Part shown: positions 24,318-38,865 of the stretch, one piece after another
Numbering within the stretch: position 1 is the stretch's first letter
Layout of the letters: each line of letters starts with the position of its first letter
Source of the DNA: Octopus vulgaris
Lineage: Eukaryota
Direction: 5' to 3'
Length of the DNA: 64,000 nucleotides
Assembly (NCBI GenBank): GCA_951406725.2
Contig: OX597818.1
Location: 16,244,001 to 16,308,000, forward strand
The notes under the pieces: generated by a model
What the model was told of the DNA's origin: nothing
Database searches by the model: none
The model's input: only the letters and a program-made list of their open reading frames with translations
Program-made: the position numbers and the translations under genes

Positions 24318-26528
24318 ATGCAGATAACAACAACAGCAACCAGTCTTCTTATTCTTTCAATCACCCTTATTACCACACTGACATCGCTAAAAGTAGATGC
24401 GAAAGAACTCGGACATAATTGTACAACTACAATTTCTCCCAATGTCAGCAACATATTAACTCGTTTATTAAAATCAGGCAGAAAGGTTTTCAATTTTGAA
24501 GTCCATATATCTGATAAAAGACTTGATGGCCTTTTGAAGCCTGTACCATTGAATTATTTTGCAAATGCTAGGCATTTCTCGTGGATTCCAAATAAACCTG
24601 ACGGTTTAAAAGCGTATAAAAATGTCGGCTATGACTTTTCAGTTTACTCTCTTAATTTATTAGATGCTTATATCGCTACTCCAAGCATCAATATCGATAT
24701 AAAATGTGCAAAACAAAATATTCATAGAAACGATGTAATACATTTGATTTTCGAGGGACTGAAGAGAATTGTATTTACCGATGAATTGCAAATGGGAGAA
24801 TCTGGATACATGTGTTTTTTTATCAGTTTGTTACACGATTTGAAGAAGAACAGTCCTAATGCGCTTCTAGCTTACAGAAGATTGGGTATGAATCGAAAGA
24901 TATTGAAGAAATACTGCTGTGAAGTACATAAAAAAGAAAGCTATGTTTATCAAGGGAAATCCATTTGTTCTGGAAATATTGAAAACAGTTCGTTTTCTAA
25001 TTATGCAAATATCGTCGGAGCAGTGTTGTGGGCATTTTCCCCATTGTTTATTCGTTTTACATCAAAAGCTGAAATACCATCATATTCCCGTCAGTTCAAT
25101 CTAGTTCAGTTCGCTCACGATGAATTTTTATTTAGAATTAAATATACCTTACCTTACAAATCAGAATGGATCAATGAAAAACATAGCATTTACAGTTTCT
25201 CTCATTTTGTATCTTGGTTATTTTGTTTTCACCAATCCACGTTCTTTGCTTCAAGATTAAGAAGATTCATTCTTATTCTGTTTTCTCTTTCAGTTATTTT
25301 CTTGGATATTTTAATGCATTATTTTTTTTTATATGAAACGGTGACAATACTTTTATATGATCATATTCCATTGGGTTATCGCGCCTTAATACTAGGAATC
25401 TCAGAAAGCTATGAAAATACAGATGGTTTTTTCGGGGGTCCCTTAGTTATTTTTATTGGATACATATTTTTAAGCTGCATTGTCTTCATTCTTCCCAGTC
25501 GGTTAAGTGAGACTGTCGCTTATAGTACATTACATCAAAGATCCACTTGTACGTTTCTCATTCAAAATATTAAATTATTAAACAACTATGGGAATTTAAA
25601 TGTTTCTACACTTCAAAATTATGATCTACTTTATGCAATCATGAAGGCTAACATTTCTACTGCTTTAAATCCAAATTTCTGGCGTTTAATAATATGTACT
25701 TGGATTAAACGTTTACAAAAAATTTGGTTTTATTACTACGAGAGAAATATTTTTAACCAATTCATATTACTTTGGATCTATATTGCGATTACAATTTTAT
25801 TTGCTGTATTTTCTATCTGTGAACTACTTCTGTGCCTCGTTTATTACGGAATTCCAACTGTTTATTTGATTTTCACATTACCGTTAAGTTACTTCAAAGT
25901 ATATATTTTCTCTCTGTATGTAAAAAATAATTATTCTTCAATGATTATTGCTGTAATTCTATCGTTTATATCGTTTCCATTTTTTACATTATGGGTACTT
26001 TTTTCAAGCTACGTATTTCTATTGAGTTTTCAAATCATTTGTCATTATATATTTACAATAGCTATTGCAATGCTTGCTAAACCTTTTGCTGTTGGTGATG
26101 TATGGTTTGTTGCCATGTTTATCGTCTACGGTTCTGCTGTTATGAATGCTATGCTGAAACAGTACCACCTTATCCTACTTGAAACTATAAAGCTAACCAA
26201 AATTGTTCGTCCAAGTTTAGTTCAGTCAAAATATGGAGAGGAATTCATTAATACCAAACTGTTCAAAGTAATCGTTAACAATCATTATCCTTTGAGATAC
26301 GAGATTGGTAAATCCATTGTAAAATTTTTTCTGATCGTATCTTTTTTCTTTGCTTGTAACAATATAATAAGTCAAAAAGAATTGGACCTATCAACATCCA
26401 CAAAGATTGCATTATTGTTGATGACGTCTATGATACCAAAATTGTTGTCGATAATTAATACTAAATTTCATTTTGATATATTCCAGTTAAGTGAAATTAT
26501 TGAGACAATTAATGTATTTGAAGAATGA
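24318..26528 (+). CDS. Uncharacterised multi-pass membrane protein, paralogue 2 (736 aa)
   Basis: Intact ORF colinear with paralogue 1. Start placed at gccATG 24318 by homology; the ORF-track start at 24270 lies in the polypyrimidine tract. Confidence 0.92.
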   Translation: MQITTTATSLLILSITLITTLTSLKVDAKELGHNCTTTISPNVSNILTRLLKSGRKVFNFEVHISDKRLDGLLKPVPLNYFANARHFSWIPNKPDGLKAYKNVGYDFSVYSLNLLDAYIATPSINIDIKCAKQNIHRNDVIHLIFEGLKRIVFTDELQMGESGYMCFFISLLHDLKKNSPNALLAYRRLGMNRKILKKYCCEVHKKESYVYQGKSICSGNIENSSFSNYANIVGAVLWAFSPLFIRFTSKAEIPSYSRQFNLVQFAHDEFLFRIKYTLPYKSEWINEKHSIYSFSHFVSWLFCFHQSTFFASRLRRFILILFSLSVIFLDILMHYFFLYETVTILLYDHIPLGYRALILGISESYENTDGFFGGPLVIFIGYIFLSCIVFILPSRLSETVAYSTLHQRSTCTFLIQNIKLLNNYGNLNVSTLQNYDLLYAIMKANISTALNPNFWRLIICTWIKRLQKIWFYYYERNIFNQFILLWIYIAITILFAVFSICELLLCLVYYGIPTVYLIFTLPLSYFKVYIFSLYVKNNYSSMIIAVILSFISFPFFTLWVLFSSYVFLLSFQIICHYIFTIAIAMLAKPFAVGDVWFVAMFIVYGSAVMNAMLKQYHLILLETIKLTKIVRPSLVQSKYGEEFINTKLFKVIVNNHYPLRYEIGKSIVKFFLIVSFFFACNNIISQKELDLSTSTKIALLLMTSMIPKLLSIINTKFHFDIFQLSEIIETINVFEE

Positions 26529-26676
26529 AATATATCAAAGAGCAGTTTATAAAATTTTTAGCATTCGCCTAAAAATAATCCCTTATAAGAATCTTTAACT
26601 ATTTTAATAAGTAAAACTAGTGCAGACACCGGACGGACACACACGCACGCACACACACGTACACACAAACACTCAC

Positions 26677-26707
<31 letters not shown>

Positions 26708-26757
26708 TGTATGTATGTATGTATGTATGTATGTATGTATGTATGTATGTATGTATG
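26677..26757. repeat. (TATG)n microsatellite
   Basis: Directly visible. Confidence 0.9.
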
Positions 26758-26986
26758 TCAAGTCGCTCTTATGTGCTACTGGTAACATGTAACCCAGTAC
26801 AACCTGTTGCATGATCAAGTCGTCGGTGACTAAACCGGCAACCCCACCAAGCTTACTTGGTGAGGAGAGTGGCTGTTGGACACCCTGCAGTATAAAAAAA
26901 CAAAACCCGTCAAAGGGTAGAAGAACTCAGAAGAATCAACGACCATCCAATTAAGTATGTAAAGTTGTGTGGGTGTATTTTATGTG

Positions 26987-27035
<49 letters not shown>

Positions 27036-30000
27036 TATGTGTGCGTATTCTTGTGTGTATTTTTTAATGAATTTTTATGAATAATTTTATATATATGATG
27101 TGCATGGCAATTTTTGTTTTTTGCATATATGTATATATCTTTTATATTTTTATTTTTATTATGTATATATGCATTTATATTTTTTTATCATGTTCACTGC
27201 GTATGATGGTGTGTATTCATTATTACTAATTTTGAGACTGTTAATGTGTGCCTGTGTATGTGTGTTGGTGTGAGTGCACGTAAATCCCCTTCGATGGGTG
27301 GATAGTAGCTCTTAGTCTTGGATGACAAGCTATCTATGAGAAGGATACTCCTAAATTAAACCTTAAGTCTCAGTGAGCATCCATTGATGAGGATCTATTT
27401 GTCTTTATGGGTTATGCTTTTGGTACTTAGAGAGTGGGGTTAGGTGAGTGCAAGCTCTCTCCTCACTTTAAAAAAATTCTGGTACGGGCATTGCTTCAGC
27501 AAAATTTGCTGAAGTTACACGAGCTCAATGAATGGGGCTGGTCATAGCGCGATAAAAGGCTTAAATACAATTATGAGATCCATAAACTATAAAAATGTAA
27601 ATGACAAAAAGGGCTTGGGATCCAGAAATGAACAGGTCTGGTCCAGCAGGTGCCCCAGTGTATCATAGCCTGGGCTCGGTCGTCGTCCTGCCACTGCGTT
27701 TAGCAACAACATCAGAAAAGTTTCCATGAATACTGGATGCTAGAATGTAAGAACATTATTAGTTTCAAAATCAAATAAAAGATACCCAGAGAGAAATTCT
27801 GCTCTTATTGGTAAGGTGATGCAAAGGTATGCATTAGACATTGTAGCATTATCAGAAACTATATTGCTTGGCAAGGTAACTTTACTAAGAAATCCAGTGG
27901 CTACGCATTTTATTGGAGTGGGAAAGAAGAAAAAGAAAATTGCAAAAAAAAAAAAAAGAAAACAAGAAAGTGGCGTTACTTTTGCTCTGAAAACCTCCTT
28001 GGTTGATAAGTTAGAGGAATTGCCATGTTGCCTTCAAGAAAAGGTAGGTATGTAACACTTGTTAGTGTTTATGCACCAACTATGAATGCAAGTGAAAATG
28101 AAAAGCTCTCCTTTTATGCTGTGCTGAAAGAAAATATCCGCAAAATTCCACACGAGGATAAGATTATCATATTGGGCGATTCTAATGCTAGAATTGGTAA
28201 AGATCATGAGGCATGGGGTGTGACTGGAAGACACAGAGTGGGAAATTGTAACAACAATGGCTCTCTTTTGTTACAGATGTGTTCTGAGCTGAATCTATTT
28301 ATTGTGAGCACTACTTTTCAGCAAAAAGATAAGTACAAAACTACATGGAAGCACCCCGGTTCAAAACAATGGCACCTGATAGACAATATGATAACTAGAA
28401 AGCAAAATAAGAGATATTTCTGTATAATCTGGGTCATGCGGGGAGCAGAATATTGGACAGATCATCGCTTGGTTCGTGGGAAGATCAAGTTTAAAGTGAA
28501 ACCAAAAATTAGACAAAGTGGCGCTGGCATCCCTAAACGTCTGAATGTGAATCTCCTTAAGGATGAAACAGTTAGAGTAGAATTTCATCAGAAAATCGAA
28601 AATTCGGATTAGCCAAATGAGTGGATGGACTTCAGAGGACAACTATACAATTTACGTAAAGAAGCTTTAGGAAGAAAGAACAAACATCAAGATTGGTTTG
28701 ATGAAAGTGATGGAAATATTCAACATTTATTGGAAGTAAAAAGAAAGGCATTGTATTCATTACCAGCAAATGATTCTGATCAAAACAGAACTTTTTTTAA
28801 AGAGATAAAAGCAGATGTGCAATGAAAGATTCGAAGCATGCTAAGAACACTAAGTTATTATATACTCTCCTTTTGATGTGTATGGGCCATCATGTCCTAC
28901 TTTGGCTCATGTGAAGAATAGGAATAGTGTTTTATTGAGGGAGCCCAAAGACATCTTGAAACGATGGGAGGAACATTTCAATGAACTTCTGAATCGACCA
29001 TCAGTTGTTGATGAAAAATGTATTGATATGATTCCACAGAATGCACCTATTGGGTGCTTAGATGACACTCCGTCAATGGAGGAAGCAGTAGGAAACAGTA
29101 CAAGCAGTACCAAAGCTGAACAATGGCAAAGCACCAGGAGTTGATAGCCTGAATGTAGAACTATTTAAGTTTGGGAGTGGGGGTACTACTTGCTAGAAAT
29201 GCTGACAGCAGTAATACAGAAGATATGGAAAAATGAAGTTAAGCTAAAAGAATGGAAGGGTGCAGTCATGGAAGTTGTGTTCAAGAGTAAGGGACAAAAA
29301 GATGAATGCCATAACTTTCGTGGTATTTGCCTGCTTGCTACAACCGGCAAAGTTTTATCACAAATAATGTTGGACAGGCTGCAGATGTATGTGGCAAATG
29401 AGACTCTTTCTGAATCACAGAGGGAATTCAGAAATGGTAGGGGTACTGTTGACAAGATCTTCTCTGCACGGCAATTACAGGAAGAGTGTATGGAACAGGA
29501 ATTTATCAAGTATTCATTAATCTTACTAAGGCTTTTGACTCTGTCAATCGAACTGTCTTGTGGGAGATCTTGAGGAGATCTTGTGGAGACTTTGAGGTAA
29601 GTCTTGAAGCAGTTTCGATGACATGGAAGTAAGGATCAACATTGGTGGAAAGCTCTCGGAGCCCATTTCTGTCATGAATGGAGTAAAACAAGGTGACATA
29701 CTAGCACCCACTCTCTTCACCCTCCATTTTACTATAGTTTTTCAACTGGCTTTCAAAGGTTCCTATGAAAGCATATATATCAGATATCGCACAACTGGAA
29801 AAATCTTTAACATCAAAAGACTGTCAGCTAAGTCAAGGACGTCCTCAACTCTTATTAGATACCTCCTCTATGCAGATTGTGATATTGTCATTCATACTGA
29901 GGATGACAAGTAAAATCTTATGAATACAATTTCAATCGCATGTGAGGTACTTGGCTGAACCATAAATATAAGCAAAACTGTTGTCATGTTTCAGCTAGCA

Positions 30001-31010
30001 CCAGGAATGCCATACATAGAACCTAGTATCTTCGTGTATGGAAGAAAACTTGCTGTGGTTTCTAAGTTTGTTTATTTAGGGAGCACTCTAAACACATCAG
30101 CGAATCTTGATGATGAAGTGTCACTACGCATTCAGAAAGCCAGTTTTGCTTTTAGCAAACTGGAAGACCGCCTATGGTCTAGACATGGTATTTCCATTGC
30201 GACAAAGATTAAGATATACAGTACATGTATCTTAGCCTCTTTATTTTATGCTTGCGAAACCTGAACTGTGCATCGTAAGCACTTAAAACTTATGGAACGT
30301 TTTCATCAACAATGTCTTAGAAGGATTTTGAGGATCAGCTGGAAAATATTTGTGAGATACGATGAGGTGCTTGGAAGAATGAAATACTTCAATATTGAAG
30401 CTTTGCTATTGCTGTACAGATTGAGATTAAGTAGACACTTAGAACGACAGACAACGGAATGCCTAAACAACTTTTTTACGGAGAATTGGTGACAGGTAAG
30501 CGTCCGTCCAACAAACCAAAGATTAGGTACAAAGATTGTCTGAAGTTGGGACTGAATAAGATAAATGTTCCAACTGACAACTGGGAAGATTTAGCGCATT
30601 GCTGAGAAAAATGGGAAAAAGTTGTGTATGAAGGCAAAAATGAATTTGAAAGGAAAAGAATGGAGCATGCAAAGATCAAAAGGAAGATGAGAAAAAGTGA
30701 CAGGAATGATGTTCTAACATGCATTAATGAACGTGATGATCTTACATGTGATGAATATGGAAAGGTTTGTCTCAGTAAGGCTGGGTTAAAGAGCCATATG
30801 AAATCATACATTGCACTGCCGTACATTGATTACAGTTGGACGAATGCATCCACTATCATAAAGTATGCAGATCAAAAAGTGACTTGAAAAGGCATAGTAA
30901 AGTTCGTGGAGCTGTAAACTATACAATCACCAAGTTTTCTTGTACTAATTGTCAAAAAGCATGCAAGTCTTTGGCAGGCCTCAAAAGCCATATTCATGCA
31001 GCACGTTGAT
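26757..31010 (+). mobile_element. Near full-length but disrupted RTE-clade LINE (APE + RT + C-terminal C2H2-like fingers)
   Basis: APE motifs ALSET, SVYAPT, LGDSNAR, TWKHPGSKQWHLID, TDHRLV (27.8-28.6 kb); RT motifs NFRGICLL, GVKQGDILAPTLF, LLYAD; fingers CDEYGKVCLSKAGLKSH and CTNCQKACKSLAGLKSH; multiple stops and frameshifts. The 5' boundary is approximate. Confidence 0.85.
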
Positions 31011-31093
31011 GATATTCTATGGGAATAAAGAAATCAAGCAATAGCTCTACTCGAAATCGTGTTGGCAATCATCAGTTATGTATGACGATTGCC

Positions 31094-31171
<78 letters not shown>

Positions 31172-31372
31172 CATACACTAGCACACACACAAACACACGC
31201 ACGCACACACACACGCAAACACACATACGCGCACGCATGCACGCACATACATACATACATACATACACGCATACACGCATGCATGCATACACGCATGCAC
31301 GCATACATGCATACATACATACATGCATACATACATACATACATACATACATGCATACATACATACATACAT
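31094..31372. repeat. (CA)n/(CATA)n compound microsatellite
   Basis: Directly visible. Confidence 0.95.
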
Positions 31373-31373
31373 A

Positions 31374-31667
31374 CTCAGAACGTAAAGACAGACGAAATAC
31401 TACTAAGAATTTCGCCCGGCGTGCTAACGTTTCTTATTTCTTTACTGCCCACAAGGGGCTACACACAGAGGGGATAAACAAGGACAGACAAACGGATTAA
31501 GTCGATTATATCGACTCCAGTGAGTAACTGGTACTTAATTTATCGACCCCGAAAGGATGAAAGGCAAAGTCGACCTCGGTGGAATTTGAACTCAGAACGT
31601 AACGGCAGACGAAAAAACCGCGAAGCATTTCACCCAGCGTGCTAACGTTTCTGCCAGCTCACCGCCC
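31374..31667 (-). mobile_element. SINE family A (full copy plus a fragment)
   Basis: Matches 38240-38638 and 5820-6040. Confidence 0.85.
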
Positions 31668-31689
31668 TTGTAATATCAAAACATTTCAG

Positions 31690-31860
31690 TCGTTTATTTA
31701 ACTCTTCTAGTGAAGCTAAGGCCATCGCTCGTGATATCTCAAAAATGTTTGAGGAAGGGTGGCACACTGGGATGATTCATAGGTCACACTCTATGGTCTG
31801 TCTGGGCTTTTCCTTGATATCAACACTGTTCTTTCAAATCACGGAATCAAGGCTAGCAGT
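31690..31860 (+). mobile_element. Small CR1/Jockey-group RT remnant
   Basis: EAKAIARDISKMFEEGWHTG resembles the ALDISKAFDKVWH RT motif. Confidence 0.4.
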
Positions 31861-32703
31861 AAAAAAAAAAGAAAAATCCAGAAATAAGTGAGCAAAGCAT
31901 GGAGGGGTTGCTGGTCAAAACTCCACAATAGCTATAATCCGTGGTTCGACAAACAAAATTACATAATCCTCACTGCCACGATCAAACTCTTTGGCCCTGA
32001 CGTGAACAAAAATGAATCACTCCCAATGACAACAACAACAATAGCGAAGAGAAGTGACCTACAAGCAGTCCTTCACAGCAGTACATGATCATGTACTAAA
32101 GAAGCTAGTGATGAGAAGCTGACAAAAAGACACATGCACACTTCTTCGAAAGACCCAATGCAATATAAATAGATAAAGTTAATGAGCTTGAACAAAATGA
32201 AATACATATTCTTTCGTAAGGCTAACAATGATTTAGTATACTGCTTAAAGTAGATATAGACAAAGAAATGGGATCGGTTTTAGATAGCACAAGACGTGCG
32301 ACCTGAATTGTCTACTATAACCCAAGAGTCCCTCACCGAAGATGCTGAAATCTTCAGCTAAAAACAATACAGGAAGTTAGTTGCGGAGATACGTCATCAG
32401 AAACATGGCGTACCCTAATTAACACAAGAAGACTTTTAAACTTTATATGAGTACATTATTGTAATTTTTGTATCTTCCATCTTTTGAATTTTCTTTGAAT
32501 TTTGTTGCATTTCTCTCAGTTCTTATTGTTAATAAATAACGATTATTATTATTGTTGTTTTTCGTTGTTGTTGTTGATTTATTTTGTACGAACTGTTCTA
32601 AGTCTCATTCAGACATCTCAAAGAACAATAATTTAGACGTTTCATTGTGTTATTTGTGTGTTATTTAAGTAACACGGATAAATTTCAGGCAAAGGTAACT
32701 ATA

Positions 32704-33105
32704 GGCGCAGGAGTGGCTGTGTGGTAAGTAGCATGCTAACCAGCCACATGGTTCCGGGTTCAGTCCTACTGCGTGGCATCTTGGGCAAGTGTCTTCTGCT
32801 ATAGCCCCGGGCCGACCAATGCCTTGTGAGTGGATTTGGTAGACGGAAACTGAAAGAAGCCTGTCGTATATATGTATATATATGTATGTGTGTTTGTGTG
32901 TCTGTGTCTGTCCCCCTAGCATTGCTTGACAACCGATGCTGGTGTGTTTACGTCCCCATTACTTAGCGGTTCGGCAAAAGAGACCGATAGAATAAGTACT
33001 GGACTTACAAAGAATAAGTCCCGGGGTCGATTTGCTCGATTAAAGGCGGTGCTCCAGCATGGCCGCAGTCAAATGACTGAAACAAGTAAAAGAGTAAAAG
33101 AGTAA
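32704..33105 (+). mobile_element. tRNA-derived SINE, family B
   Basis: Well-preserved copy with tRNA-like head and (gtaaaaga)n tail. Confidence 0.85.
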
Positions 33106-33496
33106 AGAGAGAGATACTGAAGATTAGATGCCATTATATGTTTGTTGTGATATTTGCGATTTTGAAAGATTTTAAGAAATTCAAATATTCTCAGGTCGAT
33201 GGTGTTTTTCTTAGAATGCGGACTATACGAATAAGAACAATATTTTGAAGTTCTGACACTTTATACTTTTCTGGAATTTAATTATAGAATTTAAGAGAAC
33301 CATTTGATTTTTAACTGAAGTGCCTAAGGTTACAAGTATAGTTCTCTTAATTAGATGTCACATATTTGATACCCCCTTTTCAAGGTCCGTGTATAAGCTA
33401 TAGTTTTTTCACAGAGGCGGTGCAGTTTTCTGGAGTTATTATTATTATCATTATTATTATTATAATCATTATTATTATTATTATTATTATTATCAT

Positions 33497-34900
<1,404 letters not shown>

Positions 34901-34924
34901 TTATTATTAATTATTATTATATCA

Positions 34925-36435
34925 TTGCCTTTGCCCAGCTTCTAACGCTGGAGATGTACTACAGTGTCAGCTGTTCACTACCAGTGAACTAAGGTAACAC
35001 CCCTTATTTTTCGAGCACCTTCCGGAGTATTCAAGCAGTTCCAAGCATTGCTATTTTCTGAAAGTGCTCCACCCGTATTGTAACCCCTATTTGTTCCACG
35101 TACTTCTCGAGATTTTTGTTCACTAATCCCAGGGCTCCGACAATTATTGGTAATACTGCAACCTTTTTCATCGATCACAACTGCTTAACTACCCAAGCTA
35201 ACCTGTCATATATCTCAACTTTTCTTTCTTATCGCATACTTTGTTGTCAACTGGGCATGCTATACTTATGATCCAGCATAGTTTGTTTTCTTTCTCAATT
35301 AAGACAATGTCTGGCTTCCTCTTCTCTACCTCATGGTCGCATTGAATCATAAACTCCCATAGTGTCTTTCATTTCTATTTTCGACGATGCCTTCAGGTTC
35401 GTGATCGTACCACTATTTTGCTCTGTCAAAGTGTCCAATGGACTAGTCTGGCTATATTGTCGTGACGTCTCTTATATTCCTTCTGGGCTAGTGGCGTACA
35501 TTGGCTGGTATATGCCATACGGTTTCGCCGTTTTGTTCACAGATTCTGCACTTATCACTTTCTGGTGTGTTGTCTATTCTGTATCATATGCAGTTTATTC
35601 TTAGTGCTTGCTCTTGGGCAGCACAGATTAGTGCCTCCGTTTCCGGTTTTAAATCACTTTTAGTCATCCACAGCCATCTTTTTTCTCTGTTTTACTTCAA
35701 CATTTGTATGACATTGACCATGCATTCTTTTCTTTACCCACCTATTTTCAGTTGCATTCATTCTCAAGTGCTTGTACAGTGCTTTATTTTTGCAATCTTC
35801 TATCCTACACAAGCCTAACCTTCTAATAATTGCGGTTCTGTGGCATTTTTTACATACCATGCTATGTTGTTTTCTTCTGCTCTAATGCTGTGTTCGCATT
35901 CAATAAGTCCTCTTCCCCCTCTTTTTCTTGGTAAATACAGCCTGTCTGTGTCACTTTTTGGGTGGAGTATCCCATATCTAGCTAGCAACTTCCTTGTTTT
36001 TCTGCTTAGTTCGTCTACTGTCCATGCAGATTACCCCATCTCCATATCAAAGGAGTGAAACCGCTCAGGTGTTGATAGCTTCAATCTTATTCTGTCCGTT
36101 TAATTCCGGCTTAATAACCAGTCTCAGTCTGCGCAAGTACTCAACTTTATATTTTTTATCATATCTTTCTCCATCAATTTGTCCATTCCTAACATCCCCA
36201 AGTACTAATAGCCCATATCTCTTTGCTTCATAACCTCCCCCGATGGTATCGCTAACTGTCCGTACATTTAATTTTGCCTCTCTTCTAGACCAACACACCA
36301 AACTTTTTCAGTCCGAACTCCATTCAAAACTGAAAGTATACCCCGTATCAACGAGAGAACTGACCTGGGATTCATCTTTACCATAAAGTTTGAGGTCAAC
36401 CATGAATAACCAGTGGCTGATCTTTTGTCGGCGGT
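34925..36435 (-). mobile_element. R4/Dong-like LINE, 5'-truncated and decayed
   Basis: WLFMVDLKLYGKDE, KPELNGQNKIEAINT, CRICEQNGETV and an ILRKVLE-like C-terminus on the minus strand. Confidence 0.75.
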
Positions 36436-36469
36436 TTGTTGTTTTTGTTGATGATGATGTTATTCTGGA

Positions 36470-38225
36470 AGACTCACGGATAGTTCTTAATTGCCGGTTG
36501 TTCTTTACTTGAAAGTAAGCAATAACAAGTCACCAAAGGTCTTAAGTAGTGCCTTCTCCTGTGACTCAAAGACAAAATACACTCCTTAGAATGCGAGCTG
36601 TACCCAACGATGCTGTCTTATGAATCACCTGGAGCCTGGCAGCAGCTCCAATATTCTTAATATGTTTTTCAAAGCCCTTGGAAACTGTTCCTAACGCTCC
36701 ATTTACCACCGGTATCACCATCGCCTTCCTCATGCCCCATACCTTTTCTATCTCGTTCCGCAGTGGCTAGTATTTCTCAGTCTTTTCTGTTTCCTAATAT
36801 TTCACCCTCGAATCGCCTGGTATTACAACGTCTATTATCTTTACTTCTTTTTCGTCTTTATGGATAAGTACGATATCTGGTCGTTTCGCCTCTATGACTT
36901 GGTCGCACTGCATGTTAAAATCCCAGATTATTTTGTAATGTTCATTTTCCATTACTCCCTCTGGCTTGTGTTCATACCATTGATCGACTCTCTCGAGGTT
37001 TGCTTTACCGCACAACAGCCAGTGGACATATCTGGCCACATTGTCATGTCTCCTTTTGTATTCGCGTTGTGCGAGCTAACAACACTCACTAACAATATGG
37101 CTTATACTTTCTCCCTTCTCAGAGCACATCCTGCACTGTAGCAAGTCTTCTTTTATCAATGCGATATTTGGAGTAGTTTGTTCTGAGAGCTTGTTCTTGA
37201 TCGCTGCGCACTAATGCCTCCGTAGGCTTTTTTCAGTATCCTTTCCGCGGCCATTGTCAGGTTCTATTCCAGTCAATCTCATCTTTATTCTTCAAGAACT
37301 GACTATGCATTTTCTTTTCCTGCCAAATTTTCTTCATCTACTCTCTCTGATCTTTCTTAAATTGTGTTGGAATAACGGCTTCGTTCACTTTTAAGATACC
37401 CTGCATTTTCACTGCTTCAATAATTTCTTCATTACATCCCTTGACATACAAAGCCAGGCTATTCTCCTCTTCCCTTACACAACCTTCACAATACACCTAT
37501 ACCCGTTCTCCTTCTTTCCTCTTTACATACAATCTTGATACATTACTCTTGGAGTGTAGTTCCTTGTTCATTGCCATTAATTTGCGTGTTCAGTCTATCG
37601 CTTGTAATCCATGCTTCTTCCAAGATACTATTCCTGCCCCATATCTCATCAAAGCAACCGCCCACATATTAATAGCTGTAATCTTATAGCAACCATTTAG
37701 CTCTGATTGGGGCACAAGCTGAGTTCCCGTCAAATACTCTTTCCTGTTCATTTCTTTCATCTTGTATTCATTCATCTTATCTCTTTCAATGATTCCCAAG
37801 TGCTTATACCCCTTTTCTCCGACTTCATTTATAGTTTCACCACTTACCAGCTTGATCCCATGGCTTTTACTGAATTTCTCCTTTTGAGAATCATTGCACC
37901 CAAATTCCATGCCAATATCTTTGCTACTTATCTGCACTGTTGCCATCAAACTCTCAATTTCTTTCTCGGTCTTAGCGAATAGCTTTAGGTCATCCATAAA
38001 CCACGGGTTGTTTACTTTCATCCTGCCTAGTATGTACCCCACAGGCATCTTTCTTAAAACGCTCGTTAGTGGTAGTATGCAGATAGCAAATAGGAAAGGC
38101 GACAAAGTGTCCCCTTGAGAGATTCCTCTTTTGATATTTACCTCACCCAGCTTATCTCCCCATGCTGTGAGTTCAGTTCGCTACATTGTCATTGAATTTT
38201 GTATTAACTTCAGGATATTCGTTTC
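36470..38225 (-). mobile_element. R4/Dong-like LINE, second family, 5'-truncated
   Basis: QGDTLSPFLF, WFMDDLKLFAK, DIGMEFG (37590-38105); RLE RHDNVARYVHW...IIWDF..QCD...KRPDIV...IIDV (36794-37039). Confidence 0.85.
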
Positions 38226-38239
38226 TACTCTAGGCATAA

Positions 38240-38638
38240 AGCCCGAAAGTTTGGGGTCGAATAGACCGACCCCTGTACGCAACTGGTACTTAATTTATCG
38301 ACCCCGAAAGGATGAAAGGTAAACTCGACCTCGGCAGAATTTGAACTCAGAACGTAAAGATAGGCGAAATATCGCTAATCGTTTTGTCCGGCGTGCTAAC
38401 GATTCTTATTTCTTTATTGCCCACAAGGGGATAAACATAGAGGAGATAAACAGGGACAAACAAGGGGATTAAGTCGATTACATCGACCCCGTGTGTAACT
38501 GGTACTTAATTTATCGACCCCGAAAGGATGAAAGGCAAAGTCAACCTCGGTGGAATTTGAACTCAGAACGTAACGGCAGACAAAATACCGCTAAGCATTT
38601 CGCCCGGTGTGCTAACGTTTCTGCCAGCTCTCCGCCTT
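38240..38638 (-). mobile_element. Two tandem SINE family A copies
   Basis: Duplicated ggtacttaatttatcgaccccgaaaggatgaaagg...aatttgaactcagaacgt core. Confidence 0.85.
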
Positions 38639-38865
38639 CAGGATCTTGTGGAAGACCTTAAGCAGTTTAAGGCCTTCAATAATCCACGAGGATGAGACCA
38701 TGTCTACTCATGCCATGTAGTCCATCCATGCCATCGCCAAATTTTTGTGTCTCTTCTTTCAGTCAGCTTGGACAGTGTTATCGATTAGGTCTTATCATTG
38801 AGGCACTTATAGAGGCAGTTTGATATGATGCTCGTCATCAGTTTCCTATTATTATTATTATTATT

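Noticed and set aside
32330-32375. Hammerhead-like ccgaaga-tgctgaa atc ttcagc-taaaaac
   Set aside because: Core is mutated at both CUGA and GAAA, with no convincing stems I and III
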